From Malacoraja senta (Eukaryota), in contig JAXLNO010000709.1 of assembly GCA_038087875.1 (NCBI GenBank), positions 62,001-126,000 of the forward strand: DNA of 64,000 nucleotides, read 5' to 3'. Positions within the stretch are counted from its first letter, which is position 1; every line of letters begins with the position of its first letter. Made by a program: the position numbers and the translations under genes. Under the pieces are notes generated by a model. The model worked only from the letters and a program-made list of their open reading frames with translations. It had not been told where the DNA came from and did not search any database. Positions 1-11,539 of this stretch are shown one piece after another.

Positions 1-1927
1 CATTGAATGTGATCATGGCTGATCATCCACAATCAGTACCCCATTCCTGCCTTCTCCCCATATCCCCTGACTCTGCTATCTTTAAGTCTATCTCTTGAAA
101 GTATCCAGAGAACCGGCCTCCGCTGCCCTCTGAGGCAGAGAATTCCACAGACTCACAACTCTGTGTGAAAAAGTGTTTACTCATCTCCGTTCTAAATGGC
201 TTACCCCTTATTCTTAAACTGTGGCCCCTGGTTCTGGACTCCCCCAACATCGGGAATGTTTCCTGCCTCTAGCGTGTCCAAACCCTTAATAATCTTATAT
301 GTTTCAATAAGATAACCTCTCATCCTTCTAAATTCCAGAGTATACAAGCCCAGCCGCTCCATTCTCTCAGCTTATGACAGTCCCACCATCCCGGGAATTA
401 ACCTTGTGAACCTGCGCTGCACTCTCTCAATAGCAAGAATGTCCTTCCTTAAATTTGGAAACCAAAACTGCACACAATACTCCAGGTGTGGTCTCACTAG
501 GGCCCTGTACAACTGCAGAAGGACCTCTTTGCTCCTATACTCAACTCCTCTTGTTATGAAGGCCATGCCATTCATTTTTTTCACTGCCTGCTGTACCTGC
601 ATGCTTACTTTCATTGACTGATGAACAAGGACCCCCAGATCCCGTTGTACGTTCCCTTTACCCAACGATACCATTTCGATAATAATCTGCCTTTCTGTTT
701 TTGCCAAAGTGAATAACCTCACATTTATCCACATTAAACTGCATCTGCCCACTCACCCAACCTGTCCAAGTCGCCCTGCTTTCTCAGAGCATCCTCCTCA
801 CCGTTCACACTTCCACCCAGCTTTGTGTCATCTGCAAATTTACTAATGTTACTTGTAATCACTTCATCTAAATCATTAATATATATTATAAATAGCTGCG
901 GTCCCAGCACCGAGCCTTGCGGCACTGCACCAGTCACTGCCTGCCATTCTGAAAGGGACCCGTTAATCCCTATTCTTTGTTTCTTGTCTGCCAACCAATT
1001 TTCTATCCATGTCAGCACTCTACCCCCAATACCATGTGCCCTAATTGTGCACATTAATCTCCTATGTGGAACCTTATTGAATGCTTTCTGAAAGTCCAGG
1101 TACACTACATCCACTGGCTCTCCCTTGTCCATTTTCCTAGTTACATCCTCAAAAAATTCCAGAAGATTAGTCAAGCATGATTTCCCCTTCGTAAATCCAT
1201 GTTGACTCGGACCGATCCTGTTACTGCTATCCAAATGTGCCGCTATTTCATCTTTCATGATTGACTCCAGAATTTTTCCCAACACCGATATCAGGCTAAC
1301 TGGTCTATAATTCCCTGTTTTCTCTCTCCTGCCTTTCGTAAAAAGTGGGATATCATTAGCTACCCTCCAATCCACTGAAACTGATCTCGAATCTATACGC
1401 TGGGATGCAGACCATCAGGCCCTGAGGATTTATCAGCCTTCAGTCCCATCAGTTTACCAAACACCATTTCCTGCCTAATGTGGATTTCCTTCAGTTCCTC
1501 TGTCACCCCAGATCCTCTGGCCACTAGTACATCTGGAAGATTGTTTGTGTCTTCCTTAGTGAAGACGGATCCAAAGTACCTGTTCAACTCCTGTGCCATT
1601 TCCTTGTTCCCCATAATAGACAATAGGTGCAGGGGTAGGCCATTCAATGTGATCATGGCTGATCATCCCCAATCAGTACTCCGTTCCTGCCTTCTCCCCA
1701 TATCCCCTGACTCCGCTATTTTTAAGAGAATAAATTCACCCTTTTCAGACTTCAAGTGTCCAACTTTGGTTTGAACTAATTCTTTCCTCTTCACATACCT
1801 AAAGAAGCTTTTACTATCCTCCTTTATATTCTTGACTGGCTTACCTTCGTAACTCATCTTTTCTCCGTGTATTGCCTTTTTAGTTATCTTCTGTTGCTCT
1901 TTAAACGTTACCCAATCCTCTGGCTTG
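1..1927 (-). mobile_element. CR1/HER1-type LINE, degenerate ORF2 (RT and C-terminus) with an internal deletion and a nested short CR1 3' tail
   Basis: Minus-strand ORFs 734-1375 (NYRPVSL, QHGF, YLDFQKAF, GAVPQGSVLGP, KFADDTKL), 372-752 (LYRALVRPHLEYCVQFW), 23-250 and 1393-1656 are CR1 ORF2 motifs broken by frameshifts. 1615-1728 is a second CR1 3' end inserted into it. Confidence 0.92.
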
Positions 1928-2372
1928 GATGAGGGCCGGTAAGCAGACCGGAGGTGGGAGGCAGGGCGGGGCCTTGACTGTGGAGAGGGCCACTGGAGGT
2001 CCAGCAGCTGCCTGGGGCTTGGCCCAGCGACCCGGGGAGGGGAGGCCACCGAGCCCAGCCGCTGCTTGCCCCGTGGATCCGGAATCGGAAATGGGGCAGA
2101 AGGCGACAGCAGCGGACACTGGAAAAGGGCCAAAGGGTCAGAGGAATCGGGCGAACCTTACCCTCGGAAACGAAGGGCTGGAGAGGGTCAGGTGTGGAGG
2201 GGGACAATTGGGACTGTAAAATGGTACCAGATGGCGGATCTTGCATATGGACGGTGGGCTGTTCAGTACATTCTGTACCGTCCAGGGGATTATGCTCATG
2301 TACAGGGATAGTCTTGCTGATCTGTATGCAAAAAAATGTATTTCACTGTATCTGGTAGACGTGACAAAAAAA
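1928..2372 (+). mobile_element. GC-rich non-autonomous repeat ending in a Rex1-like 3' tail
   Basis: GC-rich body followed by ctgtatgcaaaaaaatgtatttcactgtatctggtagacgtgacaaaaaa, which resembles the Rex1/Babar tails elsewhere in the window (e.g. 23200-23255). Confidence 0.45.
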
Positions 2373-3689
2373 CTATTGAACAATTTTCTTTATTTTGGAT
2401 TTCCAGCATCTGGAACATAATCTGAATAACCTGCAACAAGATCACACATGGTCCAGAACCATTCTTTTGATTTTGTGTCATGAACTTTAATATTGGAATT
2501 GCCAATGAAATTTGTTTTAAAGGTCGATTTGTGGCCTGGTATTAGAAAATGGCACGAGGACTGTTGAATTAACTCAGAGATCCCACTCATTCTTTAGTGC
2601 TCTTGAGTAACAACTACGTACATTTTGCCAGAACCAAGTTTTTGACTATCTTGCAGTAAAGGGAAGAATAACATGTGCTGAGCAAAAGGAAATACTACTT
2701 TAATAGGGATGTAGCTTTTAAAAAAGGCAGCTTGCATTTATTGATCATGTGAATGTTTTCAGAAAGAAGCTTCATAGCTCCCGCATTCAATACTGTGCTG
2801 CAGCACTGTGTTTGTAGAGGTTGCATGCTCATCCTGTGGTCAGTAAGGGAGGAGGGGGGGGGGAAGGGAGGCTGTGGGGAGGGGGAAGGAGAGGCTTCCA
2901 CTTAATGCTCGGGTTTCCTGCCGCGTTCCAAGGATGTGCAAGTCAATAGGTTGATAAGTTAGTTGTTCCCGGTGTAGCTGCGTGGCAGAAGAATCGGGGG
3001 AGTCGATGGGTTTGAGAGACAATAGAAAAATTAATTGAGGAATGGCGTTAGATGGATTTATTTGGGAGCTGGTATTGATTCAATAGGTTGAATAGTCTTC
3101 TATGTCATGAGGAAATAGGAACAAAATGACACATTAAACTAAGTTGCATGTTCTGTTGCCTTGATATATGCTGAATATCCATTAAAAAAATTAACCTCTG
3201 CTTGATTGGAGTACATACCACAGGATCAGTGGTGCACTAAATGCAGCTATCCAGCAAATTTAAATTACTTTAAAAACATTTTCTAGTTTATGATACAAAA
3301 TTTTAATAACTTAAGTATATCTAATCGGATAGAAAACAAAAGTAAATTAAACAAAACATTTGCAATTTTCTTCTTGCAATTCTGAAATTTTATTTAAAAT
3401 ATGTAAGTGATTTCAGAAATCATGTGTAATTAGTATTTCAATCACTTGAACATTTTTTAATTGGTTACTATTAGTCTTTTTCAACCCAGGACAAAAGCAA
3501 TTAATGCAATCCCAATTGATTATTAGCTGGATTCTTTACTAGGAATTCATGTTTGTACCTGATCATCTTAACAATTATGTTAAATCTAATTTATTGTGAT
3601 CAGAGCAATACATTTCTTATGAGAAATGATTAATCTTTGAAATGCTTAATGTAGTGCTTCTGGTTAAAACCAACACAAATAACCACAAT

Positions 3690-4235
3690 AAGAACTCGGC
3701 AGGTCAAGCAGCATCTGTGGAGGCAAAGGGATCTTTCAGATTGAGACCCTGCATCTGGACTAAGAGAGTAGAGGGAAGATGGCTATTATAGAAGTGAGAG
3801 GGAGGGGTTGAGACAGAAGCTGGTAGGTAGACGCAGATGAAGAGGGGTATTTTGGGGCAGATGGAACTAGATTGTGGAGAGAATAGGAAAGGGTGAACCA
3901 ATGGAGCAGAAACCAAGGTAGACGAGCACAAGGGTGGTAGTCAGATGGAATCAGGTCGGAGAAAGTGAGTCTAGTTAATGGCAAGTTGGGGGTGTGGGAG
4001 GTAAGCGGAGGGATAGAAAAGATGAACAAAGGAAGTGAAACCCTGGGTGAACCGGAGGGGATGGACAAGAAAGACATGGGGGAGCATGTTACTTGAAATT
4101 GGAAAATATAATGATGTGACACTGGATACGAGATACTGCTCTTCTAATTTGCATTTAACCTCGCCGTGGTATGGAGGATACCAAACCAAAGTTGGTGTGG
4201 GAAAGAGAAGGTGATCTGGAATGATGTGCAATCAG
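3690..4235 (-). mobile_element. Old Penelope-like element fragment (GIY-YIG C-terminus and pseudo-LTR), left of the DIRS insertion
   Basis: ORF 3971-4231 contains KCKLEEQYL, like the PLE C-terminal RKLEEQHL motif. A degenerate pLTR-type motif lies at 3690-3755. Confidence 0.6.
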
Positions 4236-4459
4236 AATAGTAAGATTAAACGAGAACTTACCAGTTTGAAGTTTGATCTTTATTTTATGAGGAGTTACGT
4301 TGAGGGATTATGTGAAGAAGACCCCGTCCAGCCGCACACGCGTCAATCTTCAAAGTAGCGGAGTGAAAATCACAGACGACAATTACTGAAGTATGATAGT
4401 AAGATGCATAAAGACTAGAACTACCAGCTCGATCCTTTTATGAGGGTGGGAGCGGAGGG

Positions 4460-4572
4460 CACGTAATCCCTCAACATAACTCCTCATAAAATAAAGATCA
4501 AACTTCAAACTGGTAAGTTCTCGTTTAATCTTACTATTTTACTTCGGAGTCACGTGAGTGACTACGTGAAGA
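4460..4572. repeat. DIRS internal complementary region (ICR)
   Basis: 4460-4538 is the near-perfect reverse complement of 4236-4314. 4537-4572 (ttttacttcggagtcacgtgagtgactacgtgaaga) is the reverse complement of the far end 9309-9344. Confidence 0.93.
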
Positions 4573-4759
4573 TTTCAAAGCTCTGTGATTTCACACCGTG
4601 GATTAAATCCAGGTCCTCACTGCACTGATTGACTCTATTAAGTAAGCACAATCAACAATGCATAACCACAACATTAAATGTAATCAGTTAATGGTTTTAT
4701 TTATTTTAACAAAAGTAACCGATTTATCATGATGGGGGATTTAATACTGAATCCAGCAC

Positions 4760-5720
4760 GGCATCACCAAACACGCCGGGATCTTTAATCTCCTTATGGT
4801 AATACTTGTGAAACATCTGTTCACTTGCCCATCCTGCGGCCGCGAGGATAAGGTCTATTGGAACGTCTGAATCCCTGGCCGCCCTGTTGATGCCGCCCTG
4901 GTGGAATGAGATTTAAATTTATCAGTATCAATACCTGAATAAATCAACACCTGTTTCAACCATCTTGAAATTGTCTGTGTTGACACTTTCTTATGAGGAC
5001 TTTTATGACTAATAAAAAATGCTAATTCTGTGCCTCTTAAGATTCTGGTTGTTTCCATGTAACATCTTACATATGTTACTACACATAGCCGTGGATCCGT
5101 AGGATATGCTGAAAACTCCAACTTACATCCCGTGAACCCAGGTCTACTTTGTTTCAGTAAATAAATCATAGACATAGAATGTAACGGCATCTGCCCCTAC
5201 CTTCATTCTGTCAATTCTTAATTTCTGTAATGTTTGAACTCTCTGAGCTGAAACTAATGCCATCAGCATAACCAACTTCATGGTGATTTTGGCTAATGAC
5301 AGAGTTTCAATAGGATTCCAATCCCTCAGCAGCATCAGTACATCTTTTACATTCCAGATTTCTGTATACCTAGGTCTAGGAGGATTGGAGTTGAAAATTC
5401 CCTTCATAAACCTACAGACCCAAGGATGTGATCCTATTGGATTTTGTTCTGATTCACTGCTTAAATATGCATAGAGTGCACTTCGTGCAGTATTGATTGC
5501 ACTATAACTTAATTTTAATTCGTAGTAGAGTTGAAAGAAACTCTAATACATCTGAAATTTCTGCCGTGTTATATGCAATATTCTTTCCTGAACAAAACAC
5601 CTCCCATTTCTTTATATAAGAAATGTACTCCTTCTGGGTACTATTCCTCCAGGCTGCTGTCATATCCACCGTACGGTATGATAATCCTCTTCCAAGATAT
5701 GGCCTTTTCAGAATCTGCAA
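4760..5720 (-). pseudogene. DIRS tyrosine recombinase (frameshifted)
   Basis: ORFs 5502-5720, 5144-5407 (LMALVSAQRVQTL, catalytic R) and 4855-5190 (FKSHSTRAAST, HxxR). The minus-strand read of 4790-4850 gives LAAAGWASEQMFHKYYHK (W and catalytic Y). Confidence 0.9.
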
Positions 5721-5759
5721 ATCAACAAACCAATACGATCATGTAAAGGATGTGGTTCA

Positions 5760-6065
5760 TTAGTTACAGGGTTTACAAGCAGTTTCACCTGCTTTGGAAT
5801 CACCATAAGGGGTTCTTTGATTATGTTTAACACCAGTGGGTACCATAGCTGTGTAGGCCAATCTGGCACCACCAAAAATCCCCGAGGCTGAGTCCTGTTT
5901 AATTTTCTGTATGCATCTATTGATTAAACAAAATGGAGGAAATGCATACAGAAACATATCACCCCAATGTAGCGAGAAAGCATCCAGGATCAGGTTTCCA
6001 TGACACATACTTAGGCAATTGGTGGCTGAGTCTTGATGCAAACAAATCAATCTCTGGCATTCCAA
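5760..6065 (-). pseudogene. DIRS Dam-like methyltransferase domain (frameshifted)
   Basis: IDLFAS (ORF 5959-6228) and DAFSLHW..LYAFPPF (ORF 5760-6065) are the characteristic DIRS MT motifs. Confidence 0.85.
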
Positions 6066-7683
6066 ATTGTGTTACAATTTGCTTAAATATTTCCTGGTGT
6101 AACATCCATTCTGTATTATTAAATTTACGTGATCTTTTGTCTGGAATTATGTTAAATTTTCCTGGTAAATATATTGCTGACAGCCAGATTTTCCTGGCAA
6201 TAGACCAGGTCCAAATTTCATTTGCCAATCTATCACATGATTCTTATTTGATACTACCCATGTGATTTATGTATGCTACAGCTGTAGTATTGTCAACCTG
6301 TACCTGAACATGCACATTTCCCATATTAGTGCAATAAGCTTTAAGGCCATAAAATGCTCCTAACAGCTCTAGGTAATTTATCCCTTGATTTTCAAGCAAA
6401 GGTACTTCATCCACATTCCACCTACCTCCACAGCTGGAAATCATGTTAGTTGCACCCCATCCAAGAGCACTTACATCAGTCTCTAGAATGACGGAAGGTG
6501 TTTCTACCAGATCTTTTCTGGAAGTATTAGAGACATTGTTAATCCACCATTCTATTTCTGTAATGGATCCAATTGTCAATTGCATGGGCCTGTCAAAATG
6601 CCCTGTATTCATTTTTAATGCTTGTACCTTAGCCCTCTGCAAACATTGATAATGCAATGGTCCAAACCTTACAGCTGGAAACCCAGCAATTAATTTGCCC
6701 AGCAAGCTTGACACTTGTCTAATTGAAGGCTTATCCTCATTTATGAGTTTAGTGCAACCTTCAATTAACTGCAGCCTTTTTTCTTTTGGTAAGGTGCTTA
6801 CCATGTGTTCAGAGTTAATTGTGAACCCCAGGTAATCAATCTTCTTGCTTGGTAATAATTTTGATTTTTGTAGGTGAATAATGAAACCCATTTTTTCAAA
6901 AATATACTTGACTCTAGATACTGACAATTTTGCAGTAGCCAAAGTGTCCCCCACAATCAGAATATCATCTAAATAAGCCATTAATACATGGCCCTCAGCT
7001 CTTAGCAGAGCTAAAATTGGTTTGAGTAATTTAGTGAATAATCTTGGTGCTGAAGTCAGACCATTGGGCAATGCTTTAAATTGCCATAACTGACTCATCC
7101 ATCTAAATTTCAAATATTTTTGATCATTACCATGCATTGCCACAGAATAATATGCACCTTGCAGATCTATGCTTGCCATGTAGCAATTCCTTGTGACCAG
7201 CAGAATGGCATTAGTAAATGTTTCCATTTTGAAATGTTTATATTGTACATAAAGGTTAAGACTTGTCAGATCCAAAATGATTCTACATCCACCATCCTTT
7301 TTTGTTCTAGGAAAAATATTTGACACAAACTGATGGTGTTGTTCTACTGACTTTTCTATTACCCCTTTTTCGCATAAAATTTTCAATTCTCCCTTAAGAG
7401 AATAAGGGATAAATTATCCCTTATTCTCTTCCTTTGAGAAAATCCATGACCAGTTTGAATTATGCTGAATAGGAGGATCCAAATGTGGATAGAACTCAAT
7501 TTTGAATCCTACAATGCTACACAGAATAAACGAATCATTTGTTATTAATTGCCATTCTTTTAGGAAAAATCGTAACCTTCCCCCTATTTGTGAGTGTGAA
7601 ACATTTGTTGTGTTTCTTACCAGACCAGGCCCCCCTACTTCGGGGTTTGCCACCGGCAATTGTTGTCCCCTTCTAGTAGGCAC
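5959..7683 (-). pseudogene. DIRS reverse transcriptase / RNase H
   Basis: ORF 6244-7386 has KKDGGCRIILDL, IDLQGAYY, LPNGLTSAPRLFTK, YLDD, YLG, ETDVSALGWGA, INYLEL and DNTTAVAYIN. The in-frame upstream part 7414-7683 (IGGRLRFFLKEW) is separated by a TAA, and there is a downstream frameshift into 5959-6228. Confidence 0.95.
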
Positions 7684-9248
7684 ATTGTAACCTCCACGTA
7701 TCCCCGGTGCAGCACGCCAAAGTGTATACGAGAATGATCGGCTTGTCCCTTTTGCAGCACCAGCATTCCGTCTGTAGGGATACTGCTCTGCTCAGCATAG
7801 GTGGTTTCATCATCATACCACTCATGGTCTTTGACTCTTCATTTAAGTCCTTTAGCTTCTTTGCTAGATTTTCTCCAAAAAGCAGATTAGACATTTGTAT
7901 ATTGGATGGTTTGCAGAGCCCTGCATACTTAGGATGAATATTTGGTCTTATTGCATTTTTACGAATACAATTTATTTCAAAGTGCGCACTACACATGAGT
8001 GCTAAGGCATCTTGTTGTGAATCCGATATAAAATCTTCATCCAATCCCCTGGCAAATCCCCTGGCCGTAACGCCTGACCCCAGCAATTTCAGCACTCGTT
8101 GTAATTTTAATTCTTGTGAGCGTAAACCAATGCTCAAATAACCCCATATCAAGTTATTCACTGCTGGAACTGCTAGCAATTCACAATTTTCCAGGGTCTC
8201 ATACTTTTTAATAGTCTCATCCATAGTTAATTCCTGGAGCTGATGGGAGAGCAGATAATTTATAGTCATAGCTATTTCCTCTCTCAAAGGTTCCCCTGTT
8301 ACTCTGGGAACAGCAAACTTTTGTGCCAGCCCTGGAACTTTGAGCTCTGATAATGGGCTCTGGTCATTTGAATCATCATCTGAATCTGGATTTTCATCTT
8401 CATGTTGGGTAATTTCTGGCTCCCCTGTTTCAGGTAAGTCTCTGCCAGATTACCCTGCGCGGGCTCTCTTGTAGGCCCACGGATAGGCAGCCCTGTTTCA
8501 GGTGCTGCTGGCACTGGCTCAATTCTAGGCCAACGCTTCATTATTTTTTCTCTTGACATTGTCGGTGCTGGCACATTTGTCATACCACGTTTGTACTGCC
8601 TTTGTTCAGGCATTTCTAGTACTGGCTCTCCAGTAGGCCAACATATATATTGCCTTTTTGCTGGCATCTTGGGCACTGGCTCTCCTGTAGGCCAACCACT
8701 GTAATGTTTCTGCACAGGCATTCCTGATGGCTCTCCTGTAGGCCACCCTTGTGCCTGTCCCATCCAAGGCACCCCCTGTGCTATATCCTCCGTTGGCCAA
8801 CACGGACTTAAATCCTCCTGTGGGGGTTCTTTATAAATAATTTTCCCCATCAGGAGTTCTAAACCCTTGCAGCCATTATGTTTTCTGCCTGAGGAGGGTA
8901 TACCTCCGGGTCTGACTCATTGGAGTCTACAGGTCGGGCCGACTTTTGTCCTGCCTTGCGCCCCGCCGCCGGCGGTTTAACGGCACTCTCGACCGCAACG
9001 GGAGTTAATGGCTTCGCTGCCACTGACTCCTCTAACTGACGCCCGCTACCCTTAGGATCTTGGGTTTTATCTGCGGTGCGTCCCTGGCCTCCTTTCCTTC
9101 CCCTACGCCCTTTCTCCATAATGAACTTGCGTGGAGCTCCACCAACAAGTCTGACGAGAAGAAAAGCGTTCCTGGAAGTGAAAGTAAAAGCACTTACCTT
9201 CCGACTTTTTGCTTTACTCACCGCTTGGAGGAGCTCCTGCTCCTCCAC
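7673..9248 (-). pseudogene. DIRS gag-like ORF1 (fragmented)
   Basis: ORFs 8859-9248, 8299-8850 and 7673-8287 lie between the 5' terminus and pol. 7673-8287 has DIRS gag-like motifs (VPAVNNLIW, LLFGENL). Confidence 0.75.
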
Positions 9249-9345
9249 ACACGGTCATGAACGCTATGCGTCTGATCGATATGACGCGTGTGCGGCTGGA
9301 CGGGGTCTTCTTCACGTAGTCACTCACGTGACTCCGAAGTAAAAT

Positions 9346-9500
9346 CTCAAGTTGGCGGTTGCGAACTGCGCAGTTGCTCTGTAAAATAATAATTTAGTTA
9401 GTCTATGCTTAACCTTGGCAATGTAGAAGAGGCCACATCACCAGCACCAAATGCAATAACACAGGTTGTTCCAGTAAATTTGGAGCACTAGCATCTACCT
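9346..9500 (-). mobile_element. Penelope-like GIY-YIG endonuclease remnant, right of the DIRS insertion
   Basis: The minus strand of about 9400-9470 reads NLCYCIWCW*CGLFYIAKVKHRL, a decayed NLIYCIRCxxCGLLYIGETKRRL motif. It continues the 3690-4235 fragment. Confidence 0.7.
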
Positions 9501-9857
9501 GAAAATGTGGAATGTTTCCCAGCTATGTCCTATTCATAAAACGTAGGACAAATCCAATGTGAGTAATTATTATCCATGTGGTCTATTAATTATTAGCAAA
9601 GTGATGGAAGGTCTCTTCAACAGGGCTATCAAGTGACGCCCACTGATAATTTGTTCACTGGGTGAAACGCCACTTTGGTGTTTCAAACGATGTGGAATTA
9701 TGATATCCTGGTCTATTATTTTTCAGTAAACTCTTTCAAAGGGTGGTTAATGGATTATTAATTCCATTACTCTACTTATGACATACTGAGGCTGCGAAGG
9801 ACACTGTGGACTAGTAATGTGTCCAATCAAATATTGGATGGAGCTATCTTTGATATT

Positions 9858-10118
9858 ACATAGAAACATAGAAAAAGGTGCAGGAGGAAGCCATTCGGCC
9901 CTTCGAGCCAGCACCGCCATTCATTGTGATCATGGCTGATCGTCCCCAATCAATAACCCGTGCCTGCCTTCTCCCCATATCCCTTGATTCCACTAGCCCC
10001 TAGAGCTATATCTAACTCTCTCTTAAATCCATCCAGTGACTTGGCCTCCACTGCCCTCTGTGGCAGGGAATTCCACAAATTCACAACTCTCTGGGATTCC
10101 ACAAATTCACAACTCTCT
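9858..10118 (-). mobile_element. CR1 LINE 3' end
   Basis: (catagaaa)n tail and 3' UTR shared with the other CR1 copies. It ends in a short tandem duplication at the truncation point. Confidence 0.88.
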
Positions 10119-10927
10119 GTTCATGGTAATTGTCTTGATTAGGCCCCTTAAATATCTAAACAAGGGACCAGGAACATTTGTTGGCCTCTGCTCGGATAAA
10201 TGGATCACTGTGAATAGCAAGGTCTCTTTGGCAGCTTGGTCCATCAGAAATTTTCTGTAATAATTGCAGCTAAACAGCAAATGCCTCCAAAGGGTGTTTT
10301 ATTCAAATGCAACATAAAGGTGTCCACGCTGCATTACTTTGTCTCATTCACAATGAAAAACTTGAGTATAACTTGGGTTGAATGCAAAATTATTGTTCAA
10401 GATGATAATTAAATTATGAGTAAGAGGTGCAAATTATAACTAATGTTATAGTCAGTCCATAGCTAGCAACATATCCGGTTATTTTCTCCCATGGTATTTA
10501 TGCACAATTTTATTGGGAGAACACTAGATTAATGCTAAATTAACTCCAGTGGAGCAAATGAATGTTTTTGTGTTTAGAATTTTCTGCATGTATCATTAAT
10601 GTATTCTTATCACACACAAATCTTTTAATTTGTTTCATATTTTAAGTTCATAATAGCATTTAAAATTTGATTTTTGAAAAAAAGTGAAGATAATGTCTGC
10701 AGTAGTCTGAAAGTAATTATATGTGCATTAAACTTTATGGATTAACAAAGCTTGTCAAAGGAATCATTATTATAGCAGAAAGGAAATATGTACATATGTC
10801 CCATATGTACATCCCACTAGCATCTGGATTAAAGCTTTAATTTTCTTTTAATTGATATTGCCTACTTTGTGGGGTTGGCCAGTGAAGTTACAAATGTCTT
10901 ACATGCCATTTCAAGCATTAAGAGTTT

Positions 10928-11420
10928 AGGAATAGGAAAACGTTATTGTCACATGTGACTAGGCACAGTGAGATTCTTTGCTTGCATACACAATGTATAT
11001 AAATAGCAGCCACCAATGGCGCTGACAAAGTTACAAAGCACACCGGTTCCTCCTTTTGTCCCCCAATCGTTCCCCTAGGCCGGGTCCACCATTGTTCTTC
11101 CCCTCACGGTGGTCCTCCATGCTCTCATCATCCGTCGACCACGGATCGACCCACGAGGCATTGCCGCCGTTGCAAGGCTTTACCACCGCCGAGGCCCCAT
11201 CGACACGAGGCTTACCACTGCTGCCGCCGAGGCCTCACCGCTGTCGACGCTTCACTTCACTCCTCCATGGTGTCGACCTGGACCCCAGCCGCTGGCTCCA
11301 TCGGCCGCTTCGCCCGAGGCGGGCTTCTACCGGAGAGGCCCCGACCCGGGCTTCTACGTGGTGATCCGGGAGGCATCAAGACCGCGGCGCCTCAATAAAG
11401 ATCTCTGGCCGCGTTCCCAG
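10928..11420 (-). mobile_element. GC-rich non-autonomous element with Rex1-like tail (homologous to 53455-53950)
   Basis: Shares ttattgtcacatgtgactaggcacagtga, ggcgctgacaaagttacaa, accaccgccgaggcccc and cgcctcaataaag with 53455-53950. Confidence 0.7.
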
Positions 11421-11539
11421 TCTTCTCTCTCCCGCCTTTCTTAAAAAGTGGGATAACATTAGCTACCATCCAATCCACAGAAACTGATCCTGATTCTATA
11501 GAACATCCTGGTAGGTCAGCTGCAGTACATTAAATATCA

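Larger units (their letters stand above)
4236..9345 (-). mobile_element. Full-length DIRS1-like tyrosine recombinase retrotransposon (decayed)
   Basis: gag, RT/RH, MT and YR coding segments lie on the minus strand. 4312-4345 is the reverse complement of 9282-9315 (ITR). The internal complementary region 4460-4572 mirrors both termini. AAT is present at both junctions (4236-4238 and 9343-9345). Confidence 0.95.

Noticed and set aside
406..1774. Plus-strand ORFs 406-621, 825-1091 and 1478-1774
   Set aside because: Antisense shadows of CR1 ORF2.
8440..8805. Regularly spaced repeats suggesting a CRISPR-like array
   Set aside because: The units are degenerate whole-unit tandem repeats inside a retrotransposon ORF in a eukaryote. 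There are no unique spacers or cas genes.
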